From Phoronis australis (taxonomy: Eukaryota > Animalia > Phoronida), in assembly GCA_002633005.1 (NCBI GenBank), contig NMRA01000120.1, positions 497,940-561,939 on the forward strand: DNA of 64,000 nucleotides, read 5' to 3'. Shown here piece by piece: positions 14,164-27,800 of the stretch. The notes beneath the pieces were generated by a model. The model did no database searches. It was not told where the DNA came from and saw nothing but the letters and a program-made list of their open reading frames with translations. The translations under genes and the position numbers were made by a program. Within the stretch, counting starts at the first letter, position 1. Each line of letters starts with the position of its first letter.

Positions 14164-15889
14164 ATGTCACACCGTGACTCCCTTCTTGGAAGCCTTCCAC
14201 CCCTGGTTGTGGAGAGGCGACAGGCTGCACCTAATGAAGACGGCAGCGAATCTCCGTCAGATTCAGAGACTGCACTAACTGAATCGGATTCTGAAAATGG
14301 AACCAACGGCTCAGACAGTGACATCAATGATGATGAAGACTCTATGTCGGACTCGGATCAGTATTCGGTTCCATTGGAGCCCTTCTGCATTCAGGATGCT
14401 GAGAATGCTGCGGTCGCCTTAAGCCAATGTTTTAGGGTGTTCAACCCTGGCAGACACGTGTGTAAACGGAACACGGAACAGGGATCAAGTTTCTCACATT
14501 GCTACTGCAGCGTAGCATTAGCCGATCAGTATGCAAGACTAAGGTCGTTGATGGAGAGGCGAGCTAAGCTGCAGCTGGTTAGAGACTTCAACACCCGCCT
14601 CGGCTCATTCTCTCACTACGTTGTAGCCCTTGAGGAGGCTGTTCGAGAGGAAGTAGCCTCCCTATATGCTATGACTCACAAGCACCAGGTGGAGATAGAA
14701 GCAGCCCCGATGACAAAGCTGGAGTCACTCAGTGCAATATGTGAGGAGTTACGTATCCATGTCAATCACTGGAACTCTATCAAGCAACATTTGCACACCA
14801 GCAAATGGCTCCGCCCCCTCATTCCTAGTTTGTGCCTTGAGATGTACAGAGTACATGGCTCGTTCGTGCGTCTCAGAGACTCCGCCATCTGGTGGGTGGA
14901 TAAGCTAATACACATCGGTCTTCGAGTGTTTGCCCATTCTGACCTCGAAAGGGCAACACCAGAGGCTCTGTGGAGCATTACCAGAGGTATTGAGGAGTTT
15001 AATTCTATCCTCAGCTCCGTCCGACAAAACTCTGCTCAGGAAGACTCAGTGTCCACTTCATCCCATAGCAAACAAACAATTCTTGCACACCATGCAGGCA
15101 ATTCCAACTTAACTGCCAATGTCGGCAGTGGAGTGAAACCCGTCCCGTTTTCAAGAGTTTTAAACATTCTGGCAGCAGAACGATCAAAGATTGCTGCTGC
15201 TATCACATATCGCTTCTTTGCTGAGAACGATCACTTCTTGGAGTGCATTCAGAACAAACAGTTACCACCCTATTCGTGGGTGTTGCCTTCAACTGTCCAG
15301 AAAGAAAGTGTCAACAGCACTAACACGTCAGACTATCACACAAGCAGTAGTACTAGTCTCAGTGACTCCATGTTGAAAATTGGTCAGATAAAGGCGCCTG
15401 ATCTGTCTCACGAGAATTCGCCGCTTATCGATTTCACGACCCGTGAGCAGGATTTCGCCGGCAAGTTCCTTGCCTTTGTGTGCCATTCCACAAATCTGTT
15501 ACGGAAGGGAGTGTCGAGCTCATCTGCTCAGACTTTTCACAAACCCATGACCTCCAAGCTGCCACCATTGAGTCCTTCTGCGTCGTCCTCCTCATCTGCA
15601 TCTGCATCCACGTCATCTGCATCTTCGTCATTGAATTTTTCACGACAGGATCCGAAACGGAAGTCAGTGTCGTGGGGGGATGCGGCTGACACGTCAGTCA
15701 AACTTCAACTTACTCACAAATACATGGATCTTCTTTGGCAGCATTTCGCTGGTCACCTGGAACAGCACTTCTCGGAAATGACGTGGGGAGTTGGCAAGGC
15801 TGCTCGCGGACATATTGGAAACTTGCACCTGTGCGGTCACACCTTGTGTATGATGCTGGTGCAAATGATGAAACAAGTTTACTTTAAAG
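14164..15889 (+). CDS. CCDC142: CCDC142 coding exon 1 (exon begins 14152; 1726 coding nt)
   Basis: Acceptor ccttgtttcag|14152, in-frame TGA at 14155 upstream of ATG 14164, donor AAAG|gtaaag at 15889/15890. Acidic N-terminus and Ser-rich linker. Confidence 0.88.
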
Positions 15890-18800
15890 GTAAAGCAGTG
15901 GCAGGTTTTTGTGACTATATTACTATGTCCACATGGGCAAAAGCCCACAGGCTTTTAATTGAGATCTCCAAAAACGGGGGTTCCGCTTATGCCCTGGTGG
16001 GCGTATATTGAGAAACTCTTTTGTCTGCTGCTCCAAAAGTGCCATTTTTCACTTTTTAAGGTCGTCTTGCGTTGTTACGAGTGCCCAGAAGTTTTCAAAA
16101 TGTTGGGTGATGTTAGACATAAGAAACTTGAACACGGTAAACAAACATTGGTTTTATTTTATGATATCTTGTATGAAAAAATAAGAAAATAAAATTTCAG
16201 CTGTCGGCCATATTGTGTCCCAAATTGGCAAGATTTTGTACTTTAATTTAGTGCTAGAGAGCCTCGTTTTCAACTAGATGACAGAGTAAGTGGAGCTTGA
16301 ATATCCCGTGCCTTCTATTAAGTTCAGTTAGCTGATTGTTTTGCCTCAGATCCATTTCCATATTCACATTAATTCTCGTGCCAGATTACCCATAACCACT
16401 CATTTATCTCTTAATTAACACTCACAATTATGAGTTGCCGTTGAATCTCACATTCCGACAAAAATACGATACAATGGCTCTTCACCTTTCAAGGGCTTAC
16501 TTACAGTGTTGTAATCGCCAACAATTACTTAAAACATCGTCTAATGCTAGCTATGGTACAAAAATTAAGAACGATAAAGCATTAATTTGGAGTTATGCAT
16601 TTGGAAAAATTTTAATTTCCCCTGTGTGCCATACCCTGTCATTTGCAGATTTTACCATAAATCGTGTTTACTTGATGACATGTTTTATGCCGTGTGTAGT
16701 ATTTCGCATGTATTTTAATTCTAAGAATCAATTCTCGACAGACTTGTTCCCAGCTGGTGCAGATGCTTCGTTGATGGAGGTTGCTAGGCAACTGCATGGT
16801 GTGATTGCCATGGCGGCTTGGGAGGCAGGTACGAACCTTGTTGTTTTGCCCCCTGCTGTGTGAAGGTTAGATTAATGGGAGTCAGTGATATAGTATTATG
16901 TCGTTATTGATTTGTTGTCATGAATGGCAACCGGGATTGATGGAACAGTCAAGCAACCAAAATATGGGACTTTTGGCACATTTTCTATTATATTTAATTG
17001 GAAATATTATGGATTGTTGTAAATCCTTTATTGAAGTAGACTTATTTTACATGTCACCATATGCCTAGTTTATGTTCTTACCAATCTTTTAAAGAATGCA
17101 ACTTGTAAACCCTTGAAGAACCTTAATATTCGACACCATGTATTCGCATATGCCAGACTGCAGTAAATTGACTAACCACGTAATGGCTGCGGGCACCTTG
17201 TTGCCAAATTTCAGGTTGTGTGTTATGATATATATGTTGCCAGAACTGACAGCTCTGTTTGCAACAAAATTATCCATGCAAATGTAATCTGATGACTGCG
17301 CTGCATTGTTTCAATGAATCAGTGCACATGACCTAAGCACGTGCAATCTTGACTTGAGTTTGAAGACAAATGAAAAATGGAGTGGAGGACTGTTGGTTCA
17401 TTGAGATGGTTTTATTGTGGAGAATGATATGTTCCAACTTTTTTAACCATTTTATGCGGCTGTCCACTTTGGACGGAGTTGGGGGTCTAAATTTCACTCG
17501 GTGAAATCAAAACGAGGCAAACCTATAAAAACAAAATGGTACCAAACATTGAATGCATTACAGTGGAATGAAAATCGATATATCATCATTTATTTCTCAG
17601 ATTTTCCTTCAGGTAAGATTTTATAAAACATCCGATATTTAGGTCCCTCCACTATTTAGGTCCCTTCAATATTTAGGTCCCTTCAATATTTAGGTCTCTT
17701 CAATATTTAGGTCCTTTCAATATTTTGATCCGTCCGGTATTAAGGTCCGTCCGATATTTAGGTGCACTATGTGTAGCCTGAAATGGATATTTTCTTCTTA
17801 CCATCAAGTTACGTAGACCAAATACTCTCCCTCAGTCCATGTGATCTGATATCACCCTTGGGATTGGTCCATATTTGCATTGTATATTATGTTGCAAGTA
17901 CAACAAGAAACAGTGTCGGTGATAGTGCTTAAATTGGGGTTTCAAAGATTGGCCCGCAAAACAATCTTTTTAACTTTAACATTGAAGAGTTGCCACAATG
18001 TGTATGCTACTTGAACGTATATTTCAAATCTCTTCAGGAAAGTCTGGCCATCAAATGCCTCGAATGTAATTCTGTTTGAGGTATTCAGATTTTAATAAGT
18101 ATCACTGTTTTGTTCAGTTCCGACTCGAGTTTTAGCTCATTTTTAAAAGAATTTCAAGAACATTGTACTTAGAACTAATGCTCAGTGTAACCATTATGAT
18201 TGGAACTCTTACTTGAAGACATCTGGTTGCTGCCAGTGCTTGCAAATAGTGAGAAAGAAATAAGAAAAATCACTTTTGTTGGCAGGGATTTGCTCGGCTG
18301 TGTCTTCTAAGGCTGTTGACAGGTGTCACCCCGTTATGTTGGAGAACGAGGTGTATGTGACCAAGACTGCTAAACTCATCAAGGACACTTACCAGCCCGT
18401 GATGAATATGTTTTGGACACTCAACGGCAGCCGTGCTGGCAGGGAAGACTCTCCTGGCAAAGGTAAGGATTATTCATTGATTGGATATTAAAATTTTACC
18501 ATTTGCTTTGCAAGGTATCCCGGTTTTGGCATTTTCTGCTTAGACATTTCCGGTCCTGTACTGAAAGAATTATTGGGCCGTTGGTGAATTTGTGAAGCAA
18601 AAATGTCAAGCTGTAATCTCGACACTGAACCTATCCATGTGTTGACGTTTAGTAAATGGCTTCACAGTGAAGCTTTGATTTGGCTCCTTATTCGAGAGTC
18701 GGCAAAGGGTAATCTTGTAATCCAACCAGTCTATCTCAGTAGAAGCCTTGAAAGAATGAGTTTGAAGACAGTTGCAGTCAACATCCAATGTGATACTCAT

Positions 18801-21800
18801 CTGCAATTATGTTTAACACTTTGTTGTTGTCTATTGGACGATATCAGGGTTTTTGATGCTTTTAATATGTTAAAACCTAACATTTATTGATCAAGTGTTT
18901 TTCATGTTGACACAGTTTTCTCCAAAGAGTTGTTATTAGTAGAATGTGCTTGTGACGGATTCAGTGAAAAGCCTAGTCATGGTGTGGTCAGATGAATTGT
19001 TGCAGGCCTGTATCTGTTCGATCTTCTATGCTAAACGGAGACACACATTCTGGCAGACACATCTCTGGTTTCCACGCTCACAAAGATACTTATTGACATA
19101 TTGATTATTCAGCGTTATTGTTGGCACTTAGTTAACACAACAAGCCATGATCTGTTAAGATGACATGAAGGAAGGGCTAATCTTGTAGAGAATGACCAGT
19201 CATGCACGCTATAAGCTGTGAAGTGGCTCCTTAATGCGGCTATATTTAGCATGGGATATTACAGAATGATGTCCGCTGTTTGATACTGGAAAAATTTGGC
19301 ATTTTTTTAATGTTCATGTAAACAAAACTAGTATTACCAGTTCCTATCTATACATTACAGTATAGACTCGCATACTGTGAATTTGAGCTATGGAAATTCT
19401 TCACATTTAGTACACTATATGTCCGACAAGTGATATTCTATTTTACATAAAAATAAAAATGAAGACAATTTCAATTGATCAGTATCATGGGATGTATGGT
19501 GTAGATGTCGCGAAACAGCTTCTGGGAAATTTTGTTTTATTTGCGATAAAAGTAATCAACCTTTGAGAAATGGGAAAGTGACAGTTTTGGCGATTATTTG
19601 TGTAACTTGAAATTAGGGGAGAGTTACTATATGTTGTGTATTTCATGCTATGAACATTCCCACTAAATAAGATTGGTTCTAACCCCAGTGGTTAAGGTAA
19701 ATGGTGGGGTATGGAAAATTGAACTAGACCGTATTTATCCACCTTGGCTGAGTCGCGCTCGGCTCACGATCAAAGGGATGCCGCCAAGCTGCTCTAGTCA
19801 TCGAGTCACGAGCGAGGATAATTGGCTTCGCTCATGCGGATATGATCAGCTGANNNNNNNNNNNNNNNNNNNNNNNNNNNNNNNNNNNNNNNNNNNNNNN
19901 NNNNNNNNNNNNNNNNNNNNNNNNNNNNNNNNNNNNNNNNNNNNNNNNNNNNNNNNNNNNNNNNNNNNNNNNNNNNNNNNNNNNNNNNNNNNNNNNNNNN
20001 NNNNNNNNNNNNNNNNNNNNNNNNNNNNNNNNNNNNNNNNNNNNNNNNNNNNNNNNNNNNNNNNNNNNNNNNNNNNNNNNNNNNNNNNNNNNNNNNNNNN
20101 NNNNNNNNNNNNNNNNNNNNNNNNNNNNNNNNNNNNNNNNNNNNNNNNNNNNNNNNNNNNNNNNNNNNNNNNNNNNNNNNNNNNNNNNNNNNNNNNNNNN
20201 NNNNNNNNNNNNNNNNNNNNNNNNNNNNNNNNNNNNAATAAGCGTCCCCTCCCCGTGAAATGAATTTTTCTAAGCGTTTGTTTGAGTCAATACAGTATAC
20301 AGCTTTCCACCAAGGCTAGGTGATGCAAGACATTATTCTTTGTTGCATTATAGTAACTGGTCTTGGCTAATTATCATTTTATGGCCTGTTCATCCATTCA
20401 GCCAAAAGTAGTTCCAGAGGTGGCTTATCAGCCAATTATTCACGCATGCTGACTCACAATAGAAGCCTGATAAGAGTGAAGGTGGATAAATTGGGTGTTC
20501 TTACAATTTCTTGTTTTAGTGGATGTGTTCAGGACATGTGCTGGTAGGCAGACAACACTGCCATCTGTTGAGCCAATTGAATTCAAAACTAGTCTGAAAA
20601 CAAACTATTTTCTCGACCTTGTTCGCAGTACTGATGGAGAGCACACAGAAAATGACCACTAAAATTTGATCACTCATCAAGCCATTATTTTGGGTAATAG
20701 AGACATAGCGCGGTCTTGAAAATACTGCTTTCCTTAGATTTAGGTGTACCCAATTGTTTAAATTCAAACTCAGATAACTGAAACAGTCATATCGCAAAGA
20801 GATCGTCTACAGTTGCAGTTCCTTATCCTCAAAACCTTCTGAAAAAACCAGACACATTTGTACTGCCAATTGAACCTGTCTATTGAATGCAGAAACCCTT
20901 GAACTGACGTGGAAATGTCAGCCAGTCAAAGTCTTTCGGATGCCATTTAAATGCGTTGTGATTTCATTCGACAGTTCACCTGTTCTTAAAAATCTAAGAT
21001 CCAGCTGCGTTAATTTTTCGTGTTGAAAAACAACCCAAAGGCTATCTTCTATTATTTAGAATTTGGAAGTTAAGTCTGAGTGGTTTGTCACAGTTTATGG
21101 CCAGTCTTAAGCACCTTCTCTACTCTAACAGTAAATCAGTCCTTGGGCACAGCAGGGATTGGAGACCAATGCTGCTTTCCCCACCATTTCTACAATTCCC
21201 CTGTTCTGAGGATTTCCATTCTGTGGGAAAGCATAACTCCTGGACTTAAGTAGCCACTGCAATTCCTCTCAAAATAGCTGGATTATAGTGCGGCATTGCT
21301 GCGCAACTCCACTTCAGTGGGAAACAATAACTCTAGTTTTGCTGGAGTAATTGCTATAGGTTGTGACATCAATCACATGAGGCATTCACTACTTGCTCAC
21401 TTTGGTTGAATATCCCATCAAACAAGAATGGGAAGTTAATGACTTGATGGTTGCAAAAATGAGCAAAAATTAGGAAATCGCACAATATTAAATACCCGCG
21501 CAAAAATGCAGAACGCTGTCCGGTAACTACTCTACCAGCACCTAGCTCAATGCATTTTTCATTAAGTTACTGTCAGTTGTATTGGATGGTGGTTACACTA
21601 CGGTATTTGGAGTTACAATTGTCATAAGATTGGTAAAACCAACATATTGATTTGAAATGCATTAATTAAGTCACAGTTTCTTGTGGTGATAAACTGAATC
21701 TAACCAACAGATGAGAAATTTCTTTTATTATCAGTGACCACTAATTTGGATTGTCAAATCCTTGTATGGCTTTTGTCCATCGATGAAACTTAAAGTGAGC

Positions 21801-24800
21801 CCCTCGTTAGACTGTACTGTCCCTCAGGAAGACATTTCAGTATCAATTTCATGACAGTTATACAAAGATAATTAATCACAGTGACCTCACTCTTGCAGGA
21901 GGGGCGTCTCCTAGTCGATTGGTCGATCTGACCCTGCTTCAGCCTGTTCTTGGCAGACTTTTGACCACATCCAATCTGGCTGTGTTATGGTGTCAATCAA
22001 AGTCGCAGCAACTACTGGCGTCACGCATGATTGGTCCATTTTTACTCGTTGTGCAAAGTGACTTAAAGGTAAATCTTTCATTTACAAGTTTTGTTCATAA
22101 TTAGTCTCTTAATTATGCAAAATAATCTTTGCATCCGTTACTGTTTCTTGAAGTACAACTTTCTGATGTTCTGAGTATGATAAATCATTGAAAAAGCTGT
22201 TTCATATTCATTTTGCTATTCCCTCATCAATTGTGGGTCAACAAAAACTGCTAGACTCTGTTTTATTACCCTGAAGTTGCTGTCAACCTACTTTCTGTAA
22301 AAAGTAACTTGTTTTAAGCTACTAATTACTGTAACAAAACTGGACTCTGTTTGTATGTTACTCGTATTCATGAAAAGAATTCTACATTGATACCATCACT
22401 GGTCGAGATTGGGCAACTCGATTGGTTTGCGTACCATGAAATCTGCTGCAATGATCAAACCTGCAGTTCTAGGCTGCGGCAGTTACATCATATCTGGACG
22501 CCACAGGTAATCAGACATATAAAAAGTTTACGTTTAGGTGACAGAAGTATTTTTTAAATTTTCGTTTTGAGAGTTTTTAAATAGCATCTTTGAATAGTTC
22601 GTGAAAAGTACACGTGGTCAGGTTTTTGAATTTTGAAAATTGGACAAGAAATGTGGCTTTTACAACAACCTAAAATCTTTGAACAATGTTGCCAATATCC
22701 GGCTTCTCATTAATTCTGCTGAGTGTGCAACAGAATTGGGCCAATTACTAAACCAACAGGTAGCAGTTGGATTTTGAGGTAATCGAACTGTCATAATTGT
22801 TCAATTCTTTGTATGAAAAGTGATTTTAATAGGCCAAAGTCACAAGTGTTCTAGCAGGTGAGATTATCGCACATTTGATGATTTTGTCATTGGCAATGTT
22901 ACTGCTGTTGATATCTTAATACTTGCACTTGGTTGTAGTCTAAATTTATTTTTTCTATATGCTATGAATATCTTTCTCTAGATTAACGCTATTAAGAAAC
23001 TGTGCAGTCCTTAATGTCATTTTAAATGTCAAATTTAATTTTGCATTTGATTCATAACAGCTCCTGTGGGTGAATGCCATTTAGTGAGCATTACACTTGA
23101 TTCACGTTAGATAGCAAGGCTACACTTTCCATGAAAATCACTGTCATGTCCGTGAGAATGTTGAAAGTGTCCTCCATATTTTGCCTCTGAGCTAGAAAGA
23201 CGATGATAGTATAACTGATTTAACATTCCTAAAACTGACTCATGTTGATACATTTTAAGACTAAGTTGTTTAATTTTTTAAATTTATTCACAAATGTAAA
23301 GGAATGCCAATCATTGCATATAGCACAAGTCAGAAAAAGTTGGTGACAATCTATTTTCAATAAGTATTTATTGTTTATGACCAATAAACATTTACTTTCA
23401 CATTAAACCGGGTCCACTGTACCAGATTTCTAAAAGCTGAGTTAACTATACGTGACATGTTGACCTTTCCTAAAATAGATACCAGACTCATTATCAACAA
23501 TCACCATTAAGTTGACTACACTTCTATTTTAATATGATTTGCTCACCATGGTAATGTGGTCGTCCTGTATGTTAAACAGTATCAGCTCCTGCTTGCCGGT
23601 TGGCACTGAGACTATGGTACTCAGTGGTACAGTGTAGCTATGGTAGTCATGGACGCCAGACCACAGAACTAATTAGGTCAAACCAATATAGAAAACTTGA
23701 ATAAATCAAGTTAACAGCATGGAATCTTCCTGTCGATGAACTGCCTTCAGTCCATTCTATTGTCATAACAAGAAGTTGTAAGTATTCAGGCAAAAATAGC
23801 TTCTCTCCGTCGTGAAGGCTAATTCTGTTACAAATTACAGATTACAAAGCATTCTTCATAAAATATAAAATAGAAGCTTTGGGAACTCACGGAGCAATTT
23901 AGAAACTGCTGCTGAAAATATTCATGACAAGGAATGGAACTCCTTGTTCTTCTTTAGGAGTAGTGACCTAAAGCATACCGACAACCACCTGGCTGAGCGC
24001 AAGCTTGCCGAAGGCTTTCTTGACTGGTGCAGTGTGTTGGGATTTCCATCCAGTCCTCCCAGCCCTGTTAAAGGTCTTGGCAAGACTGTTTGCCATGAGA
24101 AATTTCATTGCATGTCTTATGGTTTCTTTTACAGTTTCTCCTCCCACTTCAGTTAGAATGTTTATCTGGAAATATTTAAATTAAGCAGATTAAATTACCA
24201 TAATTGTAATACTATAGCTGTGACAGTTATGCAATGAACTAGATTTGGTTTTCAATTATACCTTTTTGTCTGATACTTTGGATTGGATTTGACCACCAGC
24301 AAGAACACTGAACTTATGAACTTCGATTGGATTTGACCACCAGCAAGAACACTGAACTTAGTAACATAAATTTCTATGGCAGCTTTGAGAAGGTAACTCA
24401 CGACAAGTTTCATCTTGTATTCAGGACTTGGAATGATCAATGACAAAAAAGAGGAACATATTCCAAGTGATGTATTGTTCCACAAATAAATAGGCTTGTG
24501 TGACAGAAATATTTTTTGTGTTGTAAAATTTAGCTTAAAACAACTTTGCATGAATAAAGTCAAAATAATGTTAAAAAGAGACAAAATGTAAGTGGAAACC
24601 AAATACGAGGAAACAAAACCAAGAAAAGTGGAAATCTCCCTAAAAGAGGAAGATTTCAATCCCTGCGTGATTATCAACAAATTTTATTTGTGTGGATGCT
24701 CATTCAACATAACTGCTACATGTATTTTTAGCAAACTTGGTCAGCTGCCATTCTCAAACTGTTGTTTTTACTGTATGCTGGCATGTGACGCCATGTTGAA

Positions 24801-27800
24801 TCAGAACCTACTGTAGTGATCCCACTTCTTCTTTTAATTCCTCCAAAGCAACTTGCATCTGTAAAATAGCTACGATGACTTCCCTCTCAAATCCTATGGT
24901 GGGGGTCTTTTTGGATGAGAGACTGAAATGAAAATAAATCTATTTTATTATATACACCACCCCAAAATTTCTAAGTTTTCATTTTAAAGCGCACGTGTTC
25001 AACTTTCTACCTATTACCAATTTACACAATCGGTTAACACCCACCCACTATTTCTTAACATAAATTGTACAAACATAACTAGTTCCCAATGTATACACAT
25101 GTTCGCAGTGAAATTTGACCATTTAGTTTCGACCCTCACTGTAACTCGCATGTTTCATGAGCTGTTTCCTGAGATGTTGTTGAACACACGTAATGTACAA
25201 ACCTGGTGCCCGTGGTGTTGCCTGAAGTAAATTTGCAGTGGGTGCTGGAGGTTTTGGTGTACGAGAGCAGGAAACTGGAGACTGCCTTTTCTTTGATGCC
25301 AAAGATTTGCCTTTCTTCAGTGATGAATTGTCATGCTCACACTCACTACCTGAGCTACTGCCGTCACTATAAGTGAATTGTTCAGGGGCTTTGCGCTTGC
25401 AATCAAATTATATTCTAAATGTAACATTTTTATCAAAATACTACTGCCATGTCATGAAACACTATCGTCGCCGTTCAAAAATCATTACTATTTTGAGAGG
25501 TAGCTCACATTTTTTCTTGTTGAGTATTTAAAGCCAGACACAGCACTGAAGTATGAAGGTGAAATGTAAACTGAAATAAAACAAGAACTTTCCACATGAG
25601 AATCCAATCGCAGAAACAATCGTTCAACTCCATCTCTTTTCAAGAACAACTGTGTAAAGTTTTGAGTGCTAAATTGCCCAGCTAAGAAACCTCTAAAATA
25701 TTTTCCACATGTTAACAAACCAAAAATGCTATATTTTGATCGCCGAATGTTAAATAGGTCAAGAGGAAGTGACCTTTCTGCACAGTGTGGCGTTTTATTC
25801 TTACGCAAGCATAATTACGACATATTTACTTTATTATCAGAAAAACAAGTCTACGCTGTGTGGGACTTTAACTATTCTGTACAAGGAACATTCATTTAAT
25901 TTTACATGTGGATTTTCACCTTTTTGATGTCCGTCAGATGTCAACATAAAAAATTAAGAAGACTTTCTGACAACTGATGTTGCATTTCCATTCATGTCTG
26001 ACATGTTGCTGGTTAATCCAAGAGTTTCAATGGATCTGAATATAATGGGATGCAGTGTCAGCTGTCAATGTTAACTAAAGAGTTAGATGATCTAAAACAA
26101 TTGGTTGCCTAACAAATCTTGACGTGAAGACTTACTTCCTGGGTCTACTTAAATCCTCAGTATCGGTCTGAATATCTAACGTTTCTTCAGCTCGTCTTGC
26201 CTTCTGCCTTCCCTCTGCATATGTTGCTTAAAAGTAACACAATTAAGAACCTCTGAATCATTGCAGCAAGAACAGTGTAAAATCTGTCCAACTTGGGACA
26301 TAACTATAGCCAACATTGACAGTTTTTCACTTTTCTATGACTTCTGGCATTTTTGAGGATTCGTATAATTTTTCATTTTTTTCTGCTGGTTGCTATGGAG
26401 ATGGAAGAAACTTGAACATGACGAAGCATCTTTTTGGTGCTATGGATCTTTTATGAAAGGATTTAGAGTCAATAAAGTTTCAATCGTTGGTAATGTGTCT
26501 AATTGGTTATATTTTACAATATATCCCTCAACTAAAGCATAAAGCATTATACTCAAAGCATCATGTCTATACTACTATTATTGTCTCTACTATTTTTAGA
26601 TATGGTGGAAATTTCCAGTCCATGCTATTATTATTGTTTCTACAACTATTCGAAACCGACCCTTGCTCTTCTGTAGAAAGCAAGAATGTTTTGGCAAGTT
26701 TCATCTGACTTCTCGTATTATCGTATGGCATGTGAACAGATGTGTGAGAAGATATAGTTTATTATACTATTTCTTAGCATTTTATGGCTCACCACATGTT
26801 CCAAGAACCTTGACACTATAAAGCTTCCAGGATGAAGGGTCAGGTAGAATGCTTTCCTTGACAGCTTTTGTGATGGCATCAGATTTTCCGAAAGGAGCCC
26901 AATAGACTTCTGTCTTTGACTTCAGCCACGTGTAGGGAACAAATGCTACTTCATTATCCTTAGTGAAGACAGTGACAATATAAGGATCTGATGTCTTGGT
27001 TCCTAAAACCAGAAGAAATAACAAAACATTTATCAAAACTGCAACGGAGTGGGAGGTGTTGAAAAATTAAGATATCTACCTGTTTAGAGGCAACTCAGAA
27101 AAAAAGTGACCCATTTAGAGAGTAAGTTTTAGACCAGAAACTCAAACAGATTATTTTGATGACAGTGGCACACTTTTATTAGAGTTTTTGCTGTGAAATA
27201 GTCTTCCTTTTGAGCGACACGTCTCGCGCATAACTTCCGTGGGAGTACCCACCCCCTCGGCTTTGTTCACACATTTTAAAACTAAACTTCTTTCACAACG
27301 TCAAAAGAAAACAAAATCCGAGAACAATGTTTTGTTTAGTATTAGTGTGTTCAGTCATATACCTTTGAATGATGCTGAAGAGAGCTTCATTTGAAGTGAG
27401 TTTCATTTTGAAACTGTTCTATAGCTATGATAATGTCACTTCTTTAGGAAGCAGGATGGCAGTGCGTGGACAGGTCAAATTGTATCTTTTCATATTTTTC
27501 ATGGCAGGAAAATGATACAGCTACTATGCAGCAGACAAAAATTTGAAAAATTGTGGTCAATCACAACACTTTTATAAGCCCATGAAAAATGAAAAATTCA
27601 CATTTTTTTAAATTCATTTTTGTCACAAAATGGTGAAATTTTATCGCACTCATTTCATAAACAAAATGGGTTTAAACCTCAGACACATCTAAAATTTAAA
27701 ATCCATGAAAAACCAATTAATTTAAAAAAAACACGAAACGATCTATTTTATTTAGTTAGTAAGATTATTTTTTAAGTTGCCTATTTTTAAACCAAATATC

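Noticed and set aside
15890-16011. C-terminal part of the 615-aa ORF (GKAVAGF...VGVY)
   Set aside because: Read-through into intron 1. The donor at 15889/15890 joins in frame to eight further exons carrying the conserved C-terminus.
19673-20263. 196-aa ORF in the track
   Set aside because: Artefact of reading through 383 Ns.
24281-24360. 36-bp repeat, spacer, repeat as a mini CRISPR
   Set aside because: Only two copies, and the 8-nt spacer (tgaacttc) is itself a slippage copy of the repeat end. It is a simple local duplication.
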